Positions 25,201-37,200 of a stretch of DNA of 64,000 nucleotides are shown here, one piece after another (the first letter of the stretch is position 1; every line of letters begins with the position of its first letter). The DNA lies in contig NC_088793.1 in NCBI RefSeq assembly GCF_011386835.1, positions 128,464,001 through 128,528,000 on the forward strand, in the 5' to 3' direction. Both the position numbers and the translations under genes were made by a program. The notes under the pieces are model-generated. The model saw nothing but the letters and a program-made list of their open reading frames with translations, ran no database searches and was not told the DNA's origin. The stretch is from Chrysemys picta bellii. Taxonomy: Eukaryota.

Positions 25201-28200
25201 GCACAAACAACTTAAAGATATCTCTATTGCACTTTGCAATGTATGCAAGCTGAAACTGCTTTGAACATTAAGAACACTGTGATATTCAAAATGGACATAG
25301 CTTTCCTTTAACTTCCAATACATGATGGTTTAATGTTTGGATTAAACAAATGAGTATGACGTAGTTAATTTAGATAAAAGAAAGAAGGGAGAATGGTTAA
25401 AGCTCCACTGTAAAGAAAAAAACAGCCTCTCCCTTTTACTATTTTTACGATGTAGAATGATAGTCTCAAGCTATTTTTCTGTTTTAAAGGCACTTTCCTG
25501 TTTCTATTTTACATTAGAAATATCAGGCTCGCACTTACTTATCTTTAATGAAGGACTTTTAGAGGACTGGAGTAGTGAAATCACACAAAACTATGATCTG
25601 AATTGCAACTCTCCCTCCCCACAACTGTTAGCATCCTCTCCCTTCAACTCAGAGGAAAGAGTGGGGTGGAAAACTACAGTGTGGGTCACAGATCTATATA
25701 AATCAGATTATTCCGCTTCTCCAAAGGTTCTGCAGCAAAGAAGAAAGGGAGGGCCAGGGCCTGGGCCTGGCATTTTCAGCATAAAACAGAAGCAGGAAAA
25801 CAGTTTTAAAAGAAGTTAGATGCCAAATTTCATAAGTCAAAAAGAAGCATTCAAATGGTAAAACCAAAATTTTTTTTTTTTTTGCTTTTGCCTCACAGTT
25901 CTCCTTTAACCTAAACTCTACTGGACACAGATGTTAAAAATGCCAGTGAAGCAACTACTGAAACTGACCAAAGGGAAGGGGAAGAAAGAGAATCTCTTTT
26001 TTGTTAAAGATCACTTTTCAATTTATCTCACCGAATTGCCTTTGATTTTTCGTTTGTCATCACCTCGACCCTCTTCTGCATCATCCGAATCTCCATCACT
26101 GTCCAGTGCAGGCAGTTCCGGATCCAAAGGTGGTTCATAAAGGGCTGTGTTTAATGGCAAATAACGAAGTTCATCTGGAGAGTATCTAAAATCAAGAAAT
26201 ACTTGTTTACTACCATATACTTATATACACACACACACCATCAACAAAAGATAAAAACACTTAATTGCCAATGAAAAATAAAAAAAGTCTGGATAAGCTC
26301 AAAGCCCATTTTTAATTGCATATACAGACACTCCCTGGGTTACGCAAACCCGACTTACGCAAATCCGCACTTACGGAAAAAGTTCCATAAGCTAGAAAGG
26401 TTTTTGGGGGCTTTTTTTGGCGTAAGTTGGGGAGCGTCTGTAACATTACCACAATTGTGTACACATGCACAGTAATTATGTACACAATTCTGAAAGTCTG
26501 GGTCACAAATGCATCTCCTCTCCTTGCTCATAAATGTTACTCCATGTTAAACAATATCTGGTTACATTTTAAAAAATACTTCAGCTACTCAATCCAGTAA
26601 AAGGTGCGTGTTCCCTCACACCCTATGGACCAAGGCTTGATCCAAAGCTCACTGAAAACAATGAAGTCTTTCCATTGATTTTAATGAGCTTTGGATCAAG
26701 CTCGAAATCCTAGTGTCTGAGCAATCAACTAAATAGGTCTCCCAACTGTTTGAGACATTCATACAGAGACAAAGTATAGGAAATTATTCAACATCACATG
26801 AAGCTGCATGAAAAAGAACTTTCTAAGACTTCAAGCCTGCACTGGAACCTGTTATTCAGGACCCCCTTTGCCATTGTACAGTTCCGTTGAAGTCAACAGG
26901 TATCTGCACAGCCAAAGAGATTGTACCTAGCAGATACTACGCAGCATCAGGGCCTAGATGAGTACAGTAAAAGAAGTAGAACCAACAGTCTGCTAAATAC
27001 CCAGAGATAGATTTAACAAGTTTGTTGGTTCAAGATGCTTTATTCTAGCTGGTAGACTCAGGATAGCTTTAATTATTTTTAACTAGGGCTGTCAATCGCA
27101 GTTAACTCAAGTGATTAATACAAAACAAATTAACTAGATTTAAAAAATTAGGCACGATTAATCACAGTTTTTTTTAACAAGCGTCGTCAGCATGGAAGCA
27201 TGTACTCTGAAATAGTGGTCGAAGCATGTACAAATGTTTAGCATATCTGGCTACACCAGTGCCATGCGAATGCTTGTTCTCACTTTCAGATGACATTGTA
27301 AATAAAAAGTGGGCAGCATTACCTCTCATAAATGTAAACAAACTTGTTTGTCTTAGCGACTAGCTGAACAAGAAGTAGGACTGAGTGACTTGTAGGCTCT
27401 AAAGTTTTACATTTTTTATTAAATAACTTGACTCAAAAACAAAACAATAAGTCTATATTTGTAGGTTACACTTTCATGATAAAGAGATTTCAATTCACCT
27501 CATACAAGTACTGTAATGCAAAATACTATTTCTTTTATCTTTTTACAGAGCAAATATTTGTAATAAAAATAATAGAAAGTGAGCACTGTACACTTTGTAT
27601 TCTGTGTTGTAATTAAAAACAATATATTTGAAAATGTAGAAAACATCCAAAAATATTTAAATAAATGGTATTCTATTATTGTTTAACAATGCGGTTAAAA
27701 CTGCCATTAATTGTGACTATTTTTTTTAAATCTCATGATTAATCGTTTTAATCATTTGACAACCCTATTTTTAACCAAAATTAATACAGAACAGCATCTT
27801 AATGGGGACTAATACATTAACTATATTTATATTTGTGTTGGAAGATGATTATGACAATTAATCTAAGAGGTGTTCCATGGATTATGCCAAACATTTCTCA
27901 CCCACATATTCACCAAAGATCAAACAATGCATACACTGAACCCTCCAGTAAGTCATGTTTACTATCCCCAAGAAGCTATTTATTTTATATTATATAAAAT
28001 AGCATATGGACACATGTATAAATATAAAACAAGTTTCATGATTATTAATTAGGTTCCAAAAGAAAGCAGTAAGGGCCACAGAATTATGTGGATTGTGTCA
28101 ATTCTCAGATCTGAAATTTCAAAAATATGCCAATTATATTTAGTGCACATTTCATATGTTAATTATGAAAGGTACTTCCTTTAAAAATGAGTGTGCTCGT

Positions 28201-31200
28201 TTCAGCAAAATGGGCAATTTTTTTAACGCACGTGAAATCTGTGGCACAGGATTAATACGCCACAGAATATCAAACATTTTAATGAAGTTATAATTCTTCA
28301 GTTATTGACTCAATTTCTAATATTTAAGTGTTTTTTCACTGGGAACATACAACGCATGGTGCAGGTATACAACCTCCATACTCCTAACAACTAAATACCT
28401 GAGAAGGCTGCTATGCATTAGTTATTCCACTTAAATTATCTTTACTTTCAGTCAGCATTAGGAAAGATGAATGGAAAGTACTGGTGCATTAGGTGTGGCC
28501 ATAACCTTTTTTGGTAAAACCACACCCTTTTGGAAATCATTTTGCACTTATATAGCAATTCTGACCTGAGGATCTCAAAGCACTTTACCAAGGTGACCAC
28601 TATTCCTGTTTTACCAATAGTGAAACTGAGGCCTACTGTGAATAAGTGACTTGCCTATGGTCACACTGCAATCCAGTGGCAATCAGGAATAAAATCTTGG
28701 CTCCCAGTTATCTGTTCTAATAACCAAATCAAGCTGCATCTCCATTTGCTTCACTCTGGAGGTGATGCACATTGAGTCAAGCCTTACATATAACATGGAA
28801 GTTTCAGGAGAAAACATTTCCATGATAATCTTGGGCAATACAACATATTAATATTATGTGCCACAGGCCAGAGGTTTTAAAAGCTTATACACACAGTGAA
28901 GCATTGGCATTTTGGGAGGGAGAAGAGTCCGTTTACCAAAACTTTCCCTCCTCTCACACACATCCAATTTCATCTAAATTCTTAGGCCATGCAAAAATCA
29001 ATCAAAATTAGCTGTTAGCAGTGATCAGTCTTAGAAAAACCATCTCCTAAAACTGTTTCTCTGCATTCATGCAAAATTGCTGCATAGAAAGCATTTGACC
29101 ACGAGCCTGCAATACAAAATTTAGACATACCATAAATACTCTTAAGTATCAGAGGGGTAGCCGTGTTAGTCTGAATCTGTAAAAAGCAACAGAGGGTCCT
29201 GTGGCACCCATAAGCTTTCATGGGTAAGAACCTCACTTCTTCAGATGTAAGTCAAGAAGTGAGGTTCTTACCCACGAAAGCTTATGCTCCCAATACTTCT
29301 GTTAGTCTTAAAGGTACCACAGGACCCTCTGTTGCTTTTCACAAATACTCTTGACAGTCTCTGTAGAGCCCTAGTATTGAATGGACACAGAGTGAACTAC
29401 TCCCCTGTTGCATGTCAAATTGGTCCCTCTAGAACAGTGGTGGGCAACCTGCGGCCCGTTAGAGTAATCCACTGGTGGGCTGCGAGACAGTTTGTTTATA
29501 TTGGCCGTTCGCAGGCACGGCCACCCGCAGCCCCCAGTGGCCACAGTTTGCCGTTCCCAGCCAATGGGAGCTGTGGGAAGCGACGAACAGCACGTCCCTG
29601 TGGCCCACGCTGCTTCCCACAGCTCCCATTGCCCGGGAACGGCGAACCGCGACCACTGGGAGCTGCGGACGGCCGTGCCTGCGGACAGCCAAGGTAAACA
29701 AACTGTCTCGCAGCCCACCAGCAGATTACGCTGACAGGCCGCGTGCAGCCCGCGAGCTGCAGGTTGCCCATCACTGCTCTAGAACAAGGCTGAGGCACGC
29801 TGACAGAGCAGTGTGGAGAAGCTTGCACTGCTGCTGCCACTGCCAAACTTGTTGAGTGGAGAATGCACTTCAGTCTTTTGGTCAGTCAGACTCACATATC
29901 TCACGGACACAAAATTCACTCAAAATTATTTTGTAAGTATATCACTACTACTCTTCCCAGCTAGTTTCCTGGGATATACAAGCAAGTAGATGTAATATAG
30001 ACAGCAACTGTGATATCTTTTTAAGTACCTTTTGTAGTACTCCTGGAACTGGCCTGGTATGAGAGCCACTGGATAAGGACTAACCTTTGTTCTCTCTGTA
30101 GGTAATATTTTGTATTTTCCTTGAGGCACCTGGATAATCTGTATTGTTTAATACAAAACAAAAATCTCATTTTCCACACAAGCAAATCTTTTTTTATTTC
30201 ATTTGTCTTTTCCACATTTTTGAACTCAGCCTTTATTATGCTGGAACAGTCACCTGATTTTTCCCAGATTCACTCCAGCACTTAAGGGCGTATATTATAT
30301 ACAGCATACTTTATAGTTTTACTGTCAAAATAATATTCTATAAAAATCTAAATAATAAATGTCTATTTAACTAGGGCTGTCAATTAATCACAGTTAACTA
30401 ACGTGATTAACTCAAAAAAGTTAATCGTGATACTGTTAAACAATAGAACAACAACTGAAATGTATTAAATATTTTGGATATTTTTCTACATTTTCAAATA
30501 TATTGGTTTATATTACAACATAGAATACAAAGTGTACAGTGATCACTTTATATTATTTTTTATTACAAATATTTGCACCGTAAAAATGATAAACAAAAGA
30601 AATAGTATTTTTCTATTGACCTCAGACAAGTACTGTAGCGCAATCTCTTTATACTGAAAGTGTAACTTACAAATGCAGATTTTTCTTTTTGTTACATAAC
30701 TGCACTCAAAAACAAAACAATGTAAAAATTTAGAGCCTACAAGTTCACTCATTTCTACTTCTTGTTCAGCCAATCGTTAAGACAAACAAGTTTGTTTACA
30801 TTTACAGGAGATGTCTGCTTCTTATTTCCAATGTGACCTGAAAGTGAGAACAGGTGTTTGCATGGCACTTTTGTAGCTGGCGTTGCAAGGTATTTACATG
30901 CCAGATATGCTAAACATTCGTATGCCCCTTCATGCTTCGGCCACCATTCCAGAGGATATGCTTCCATGCTGATGATGCTCGTTAAAAAATAATGTGTTAA
31001 TTAAATTTGTGACTGAACTCCTTGGGGGAGAACTGTATGTCTTTGGCTCTGTTTTACCTGCATTCTGCCATATATTTCATGTTACAGCAGTCTCATATGA
31101 TGACCCAGCACATGTTCGTTTTAACAACACTTTCACAGCAGATTTGATAAAACGCAAAAAAGATACCAATGTGAGATTTCTAAAAATAGCTACAGCACTC

Positions 31201-34200
31201 GACCCAAGGTTTAAGAATCAGAAGTGCCTTCCAAAATCTGAGAGGGACAAGGTATGGAGCAATCTTTCAGAAGTCTTAAAAAAGCAACACTCAGATGCGG
31301 AAACTATAGAACTCAAACCACCAAAAAAGAAAATCAACCTTCTGCTGGTGGCATCTGACTCAGATGATGAAAACGAACATGCATCAGTCTGCTCTGCTTT
31401 GGATCATTATCGAGCAGAACCCATCATCAGCATGGACGCATCTCCTATGGAATGGTGGTTGAAGCATGAAGGGACATATGAATCTTTAGTGCATCTGGCA
31501 CATAAATATCTTGTGATGCCGGCTATAACAGTGCCATGTGAATGCCTGTTCTCACTTTCAGGTGACATTGTAAACAAAAGCGGGCAGCATTATCTCATGT
31601 AAATTGTAACCAAATTTGGTTGTCTGAGCGGACTTGTAGGCTCTAAAGTTTTACATTGTTTTATTTTTGAATGCAGTTATTTTTTATACATAATTCTACA
31701 TTTGTAAGTTCAACTTTCATGATAAAGAGATTGCACTACACTACTTGTATGAGGTGAATTGAAAAATACTATTTTTGTTTTTTACAATGCAAATATTTGT
31801 AATCAAAAATAAATATAAAGTGAGCACTATATGCTTTGTATTCTGTGTTGTAATTGAAATCAATATTTTTGAAAATGTAGAAAACATCCAAAAATATTTA
31901 AATAAATGGTATTCTATTGTTGTTTAATAGCGCGATTCATTTTTTTTAATCGCTTGACAGCCCTATATTTAACCCAATGGACACCTAATCTCCTTTATGG
32001 CACTATGATTCTGTAATAAGATAGAAAAATAAAAAATACACCCTTTTATTACATTTACATTACCATACAAGCTGCTAAATAAAGTAAAACATAAATTAGT
32101 TTTCATATTGAGCATCTTTAAAATGAAATTTTACCAGAGCAGCATAATAGTAGAAAGTAGTAAGAACAAGGAACTCTAACTTTGAAAGCAGACTTTTGTG
32201 TACAAAAGCATCAGGTATGATGAGCATATACAAAATAGAAGCTCATAAGAACAGCCATAAAAGATCAGATCAATGGTCTAGTATCCTGTCCCTGACGGGA
32301 GCCAAAATCAGAAAAGTCTAAAACCTTCAAATGGACTATTATGCAATAATTTATCTATGGGGAAAGCTTCTGCTTAACTGGTCTCTGGCAAGTAGTGCTT
32401 GGCTTAAATTCTGAAGCAAGACTGATACATACTTTTATCCTTTCAGTTGAACTATATAAAATATTTTTATTCATAAATGTCTAAACCTTTCTAGAATACT
32501 ACTAAAATTTTTGCATCAAGAAGAATTTATAGAATTTACTATCACAAGCTAACTTTTTGACAATCAGTAATTATCAATTTTAAATTGCTTGCCTTTTAAT
32601 TTCATTAGGTGTCCCCTTATTCTTGTGTTATGAGAAATGGTAATAGGAGCATCCAAATGACATGACCTCCTTTATGCTATTTTATATACTACTACCGCAA
32701 CACTTATTTGTCTCATGTCTACACTAGGTAGTGCTAATAGCGCTTCGTCACGTGGAAGTCTTTCCAGCTTGAGAAATCAATTAATTAAAAAAACTAAAGT
32801 GGAAAGCTCTACTCTATTTGGTAAAATAACTTTTTAAAATGTATATATTCAAATCTATTTATTTCTAACCCAAATTAATTCTAATCCAATATTATGATAA
32901 AAATGGTTACAACAATATGTTTTCAGAAAAAGCACCAAAAAGACTGATATCTTTACTATAATAAACAAGGAACTACCTATCATTGTCAAGCAATAAATTT
33001 AAGTCAACCTACATGTGTCTGTAAATCAAAATAGGCTCTTCTTTCTTCCATTCGTTCCCGATTTAAATTGCTGTTAAACTCTGCAGCTTTCTTGGCAGCT
33101 TTCTTAATATATTCTGGAACTTTACTAGCTTCTACTTTTTGTGTGTTCTGCTGTTGCATTTGCTGAAATAAAAATAATTGTATTAATTTACAAGACAAAT
33201 TTGAAAAATCAGATATTGCAAAAGGAACTTAATCCACATGCCCAGTATGTTCTAGATCTGGTTCATTAAAGTCTGAGGGGTTACTTACTGAGTACTCTTT
33301 ATAATGATCTGTTATTCGCTGGCGTTCTTTTTCTTGCAGTATTACAGAATACTCAGCATGTTTGGCAGGATATTCTTTAATCATCAAATCAATCACTTCA
33401 TCACTGCGTAAGGCAGTTAGACCTAGATTAGATAAAAACCACTAATAATGCTACATTGCAAAACAAATTGTAAGTCATTTACCATTTTGACCCATAGTCT
33501 ACTGTAAAGTTTGCCATTAAAGCAGACAGCCTAACATAAACAATACTTTTCACTGAACATAGAAATTATGCTGCAACGACACTCTTTTTAAAAAATTCTA
33601 AAACAAACCACTCCTCCATTTTCAAAACATTTTTGGGGGGTTTGCTGTGTGATTCTCATTGAATTTAATGGAAGATGTACGTCTAAAGCCTCATGTTTTG
33701 CTTTAAAAAAAAAAAAAAAGATTAGGGAAAGTCAGCAGCCCAAAATATTATGCAGCTGATATTCTGTTTCTAGATTCTGTCATATGTCAAATAAACCACT
33801 GACAAATCAAAAGACACAGAATACAGGAAAGCAATGAAAGTGATTTTATAAAAGTCAACTTCCTGTATCAAATGAGAGTGCAGAGTTACATAGATTTGTG
33901 ATATCAAAGAGAATAGAACTGAGATAGGCATTAATCAATCAGTACGTCAATCCAAGCTAATGTTTATTATAAGTGAAAGAAGAAAATATTAAGATTTTAA
34001 TTCTGATATGAATATACTCAAGTACTTTAATCTAATTCACATGACCTTGAACCTGCAAACTGATCAACATAGGCAGACCTTTAGAGCTGCACAAAGCCCC
34101 ATCTAAGCCAATGGGTCTTCATGCCGACACAGAGGTTCTCTTGATCAGCTTGGAAAAGCAGGGCCTACGTTAATAAAATATCCTCTTTAGCAAATGAAGT

Positions 34201-37200
34201 CATTAGAACTGGTAAAAATAACATAAAGATCTAATAGTCTGTTGAAGACCTTAGACTCAAAATGTTACACATTCTTAACTTTCCATTACATTTTAAAAGG
34301 TAAAATAAATAACCTTATTGCAATCAAAACCAATTTAAATGTCTAGTCAAGAATTACTTGATGCTATCATTTTAAGGCAGGAATCAAATATTCTAGCCTA
34401 ATCCAAATGCATCAGAAAGCTGAAAATTCATTTTGTTTTCTTACCTAAAGTACACTGAGTCTCTGTGATGACATTTAGTTCTCTGAGGTAGAGTTTTTCC
34501 TTGTGAGACAGATCTCGTCTCTCTAAATCTCCAAGAAAAGACAAAACAGCAGTAAAACCGTGTAGTGTTATACATTTCCAAATCCATCATAAAAGAAGTT
34601 CCAACTAGGCCAAAAACTAGTTTACAACTTCTTTTCCACATGATGAAAAAGGAAGACTGTACAATAAAATGTCTATTTGTAGTTAATATTTAGTTTAGCG
34701 GTAGTATAATCCAGGGATGATAACAGAAAGTCTGAAAAAAATTACATTAATAAAATGTAATCTAAGGGGATATTAGTTTAACAGACACAAAATTATTCCA
34801 AACAAAAGTATTACACCACTATAGAAAAAGATGTTAATGTTTCTTTTATAAATAGTTTAAAACATTAGATTTTCCCCAAGAAATTGCATTAAAATGACAC
34901 TGACAAAAAGTAAAGGCAGAAAGTAAGTTTTTGAAAAGTGTTTTACAAATTCTAATGTAAGGATTATAATAGTTAATGATGGAGAAGACAGACTGTCATC
35001 AATTCTCACATAAGTGAAGCAGAGATCCCCCTGAGTATTCTGGTATTTTCACTCCACATGGAAATAATGTAGTGCACCATTTTGCAAGAACTGGAAACTG
35101 AAACTGACCAACTTAGTTCACTATCCAAGTTGAGCAAAATTCAGAAAGTTCCCAATAATAACAAACACTCAAAAATAAATTAAGGCCAAGATTAACAAAA
35201 GTCACTTAAGCACCCCATCCTCTGAAAAGCAGGCTCCTTTACATAATTTCAAGATAGGCACCCAAAAATCACTAGTCACTTTTGAAATCTCAGCCCACAT
35301 TTTCAGCTAATTATTAGTAACAAAGATAGAAAAATTGGTAAGCTTGATTTTTATGTTGACTGTGTCCTCTTAACTAAAAGATCTATGTTATATTCCAAAA
35401 GATGAGAGTTGCCAGTTTGTACACATTTGAATCGACAGATTTTTATTCACACGCTTTTTCAACCTGGATACCTGGATATTTTCGTTTAAATGAGGTCACA
35501 CCCAAGTATTCACTGACTTGCTCCTGAAGCATATAGTATTCTCCCGTTTCATCAGGTGGCCATTTGTATTCTATCAAATTTTCAGCAGGAAAGTAGCTAA
35601 AGCTAAACACAAAAACAACGGGCTTGAAATAATAATAGTACATTTTGCTAAAAAAATATACATTGCGTAAAAAAAGTTAGAATACTCAAAGTAATCGTTA
35701 ACAATGCCATGCTTCTAGAACTTGATCTAATTCCCATTTAAGTCAACACAACACTCCTGTAGAAAGTTGGTTCAGCCCCTTAGAATATATCCTCCTATCC
35801 CATCTCAAAATTACACACATTCAATGTGTTTCATTTTACTAGTGTTTCACAAAACTAGTATTTATCAATGAATCACTGGACATGAAATCAAGGACTGTGT
35901 AATCCTTGACAAGAATAAGAATAAGAAAACAGGCATTCATACTGAAAGATAGATATTTAAAAAGCCATAAAATTATAAAATGCAAAAAGTCAAATGTACA
36001 AGTAAAGTCAGTCCTCAGGATAACTGAAGCACACTTTGGCATAATTTGCATTAAATAAACACACCTTTACACTACATTAAAAGCAATGTTGAAGCAAGGA
36101 AGTTGCTCACATGCCACTTTAATTCACCGTGCCTCAGCACGGCAGAGGTCAGAGAAATGCATGAGCAACATATAAGCAAAGAAAGAAGAGTTAATGTTAA
36201 AACTTATGGAAAAACACAACAAAATAGTGTTTAAAAAATATAAAACCTCAGTAAAGTGATATTACCCAAGATCTTGACTAGAAGTTTCACAACTTCGAGA
36301 ACTGTCCCCCGAGCCCATACGTCGTCTTTTCGATGGCTGGCTGCTATCATTTGAATTTTCTTCTGTGTCATCCTGAAATAAACACAGAGAGCAAGCATTA
36401 AAAATAAAGCCAAGAAGTCCTGCATGTACTTAATGTATTAGGATATCACAATGTAAAGCCTCACCAAGATGTAATAAACTATTTTGGGATTGTGAAAGGT
36501 GGCTGTGACTAGAATGAACGTGCTCCCTCGAAGTACTGCGCTATTTCAAAAGGGTTCTCTGAGCCAAATCATGGGCTGGCTTGCACAGTTCCTTACTCCC
36601 TTGTGCTGGCTACTCATCATGCTTAGCAGCACAGAAGGGGAACCAGGTTCTGCAGAGGCACTATGTTTCCCCCCACTGTCACACAGATGGGCAGGAAGGG
36701 GTGGCAAGTGAGCAGATCTTTGCCTCTGCCCACCAGCACCAACATGTCTACAGATGTAACTGTGTCTGCACATTATCTGCTAATGTTCTGGGACAGTTTA
36801 TTCAATTCCTGGAGCAGTGAAGAAACTTGGAGCACGACTGTGACTCTCAAAGTTATTGTATCCCTCTTCGGCTGCTCCAAGAGCAGTGCAACACCACATT
36901 ACCCTTTGCTATTACTGATACTTACAAATCAAGGATCGTATCATCAATGGCAAAGAGGATTTACATGAACAGAGTTAAAGTAATAGAAAAATATATTTTC
37001 TCAGATGTGAGTATAAAAGAAGCTGTGTCTAGTTTACATAAAGCTTTGAACATAGTACTACAAAAGAGCTGCTTTTCATGAAGAAGATAGATAGATGTAG
37101 GGAGAAAAACTGATGCAGTAGAGTTGAAATATATAGGGAGGGCAGAAGTCATCTTCAAAATGAGTTGTTACAAAAGTGAAGTTACTCTATCAGTGGTGCC

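Noticed and set aside
35466-35471. GTATCC donor of PHF10 intron 3 as a possible U12 intron
   Set aside because: Sequence is GTATCCAG, not GTATCCTT, and no TTCCTTAAC-type branch point lies near the acceptor.
35458-35471. Duplicated donor CCAG|GTATCCAG|GTTGAA, 7 nt apart
   Set aside because: The downstream site is weak and would shift the frame; no sequence evidence of use.
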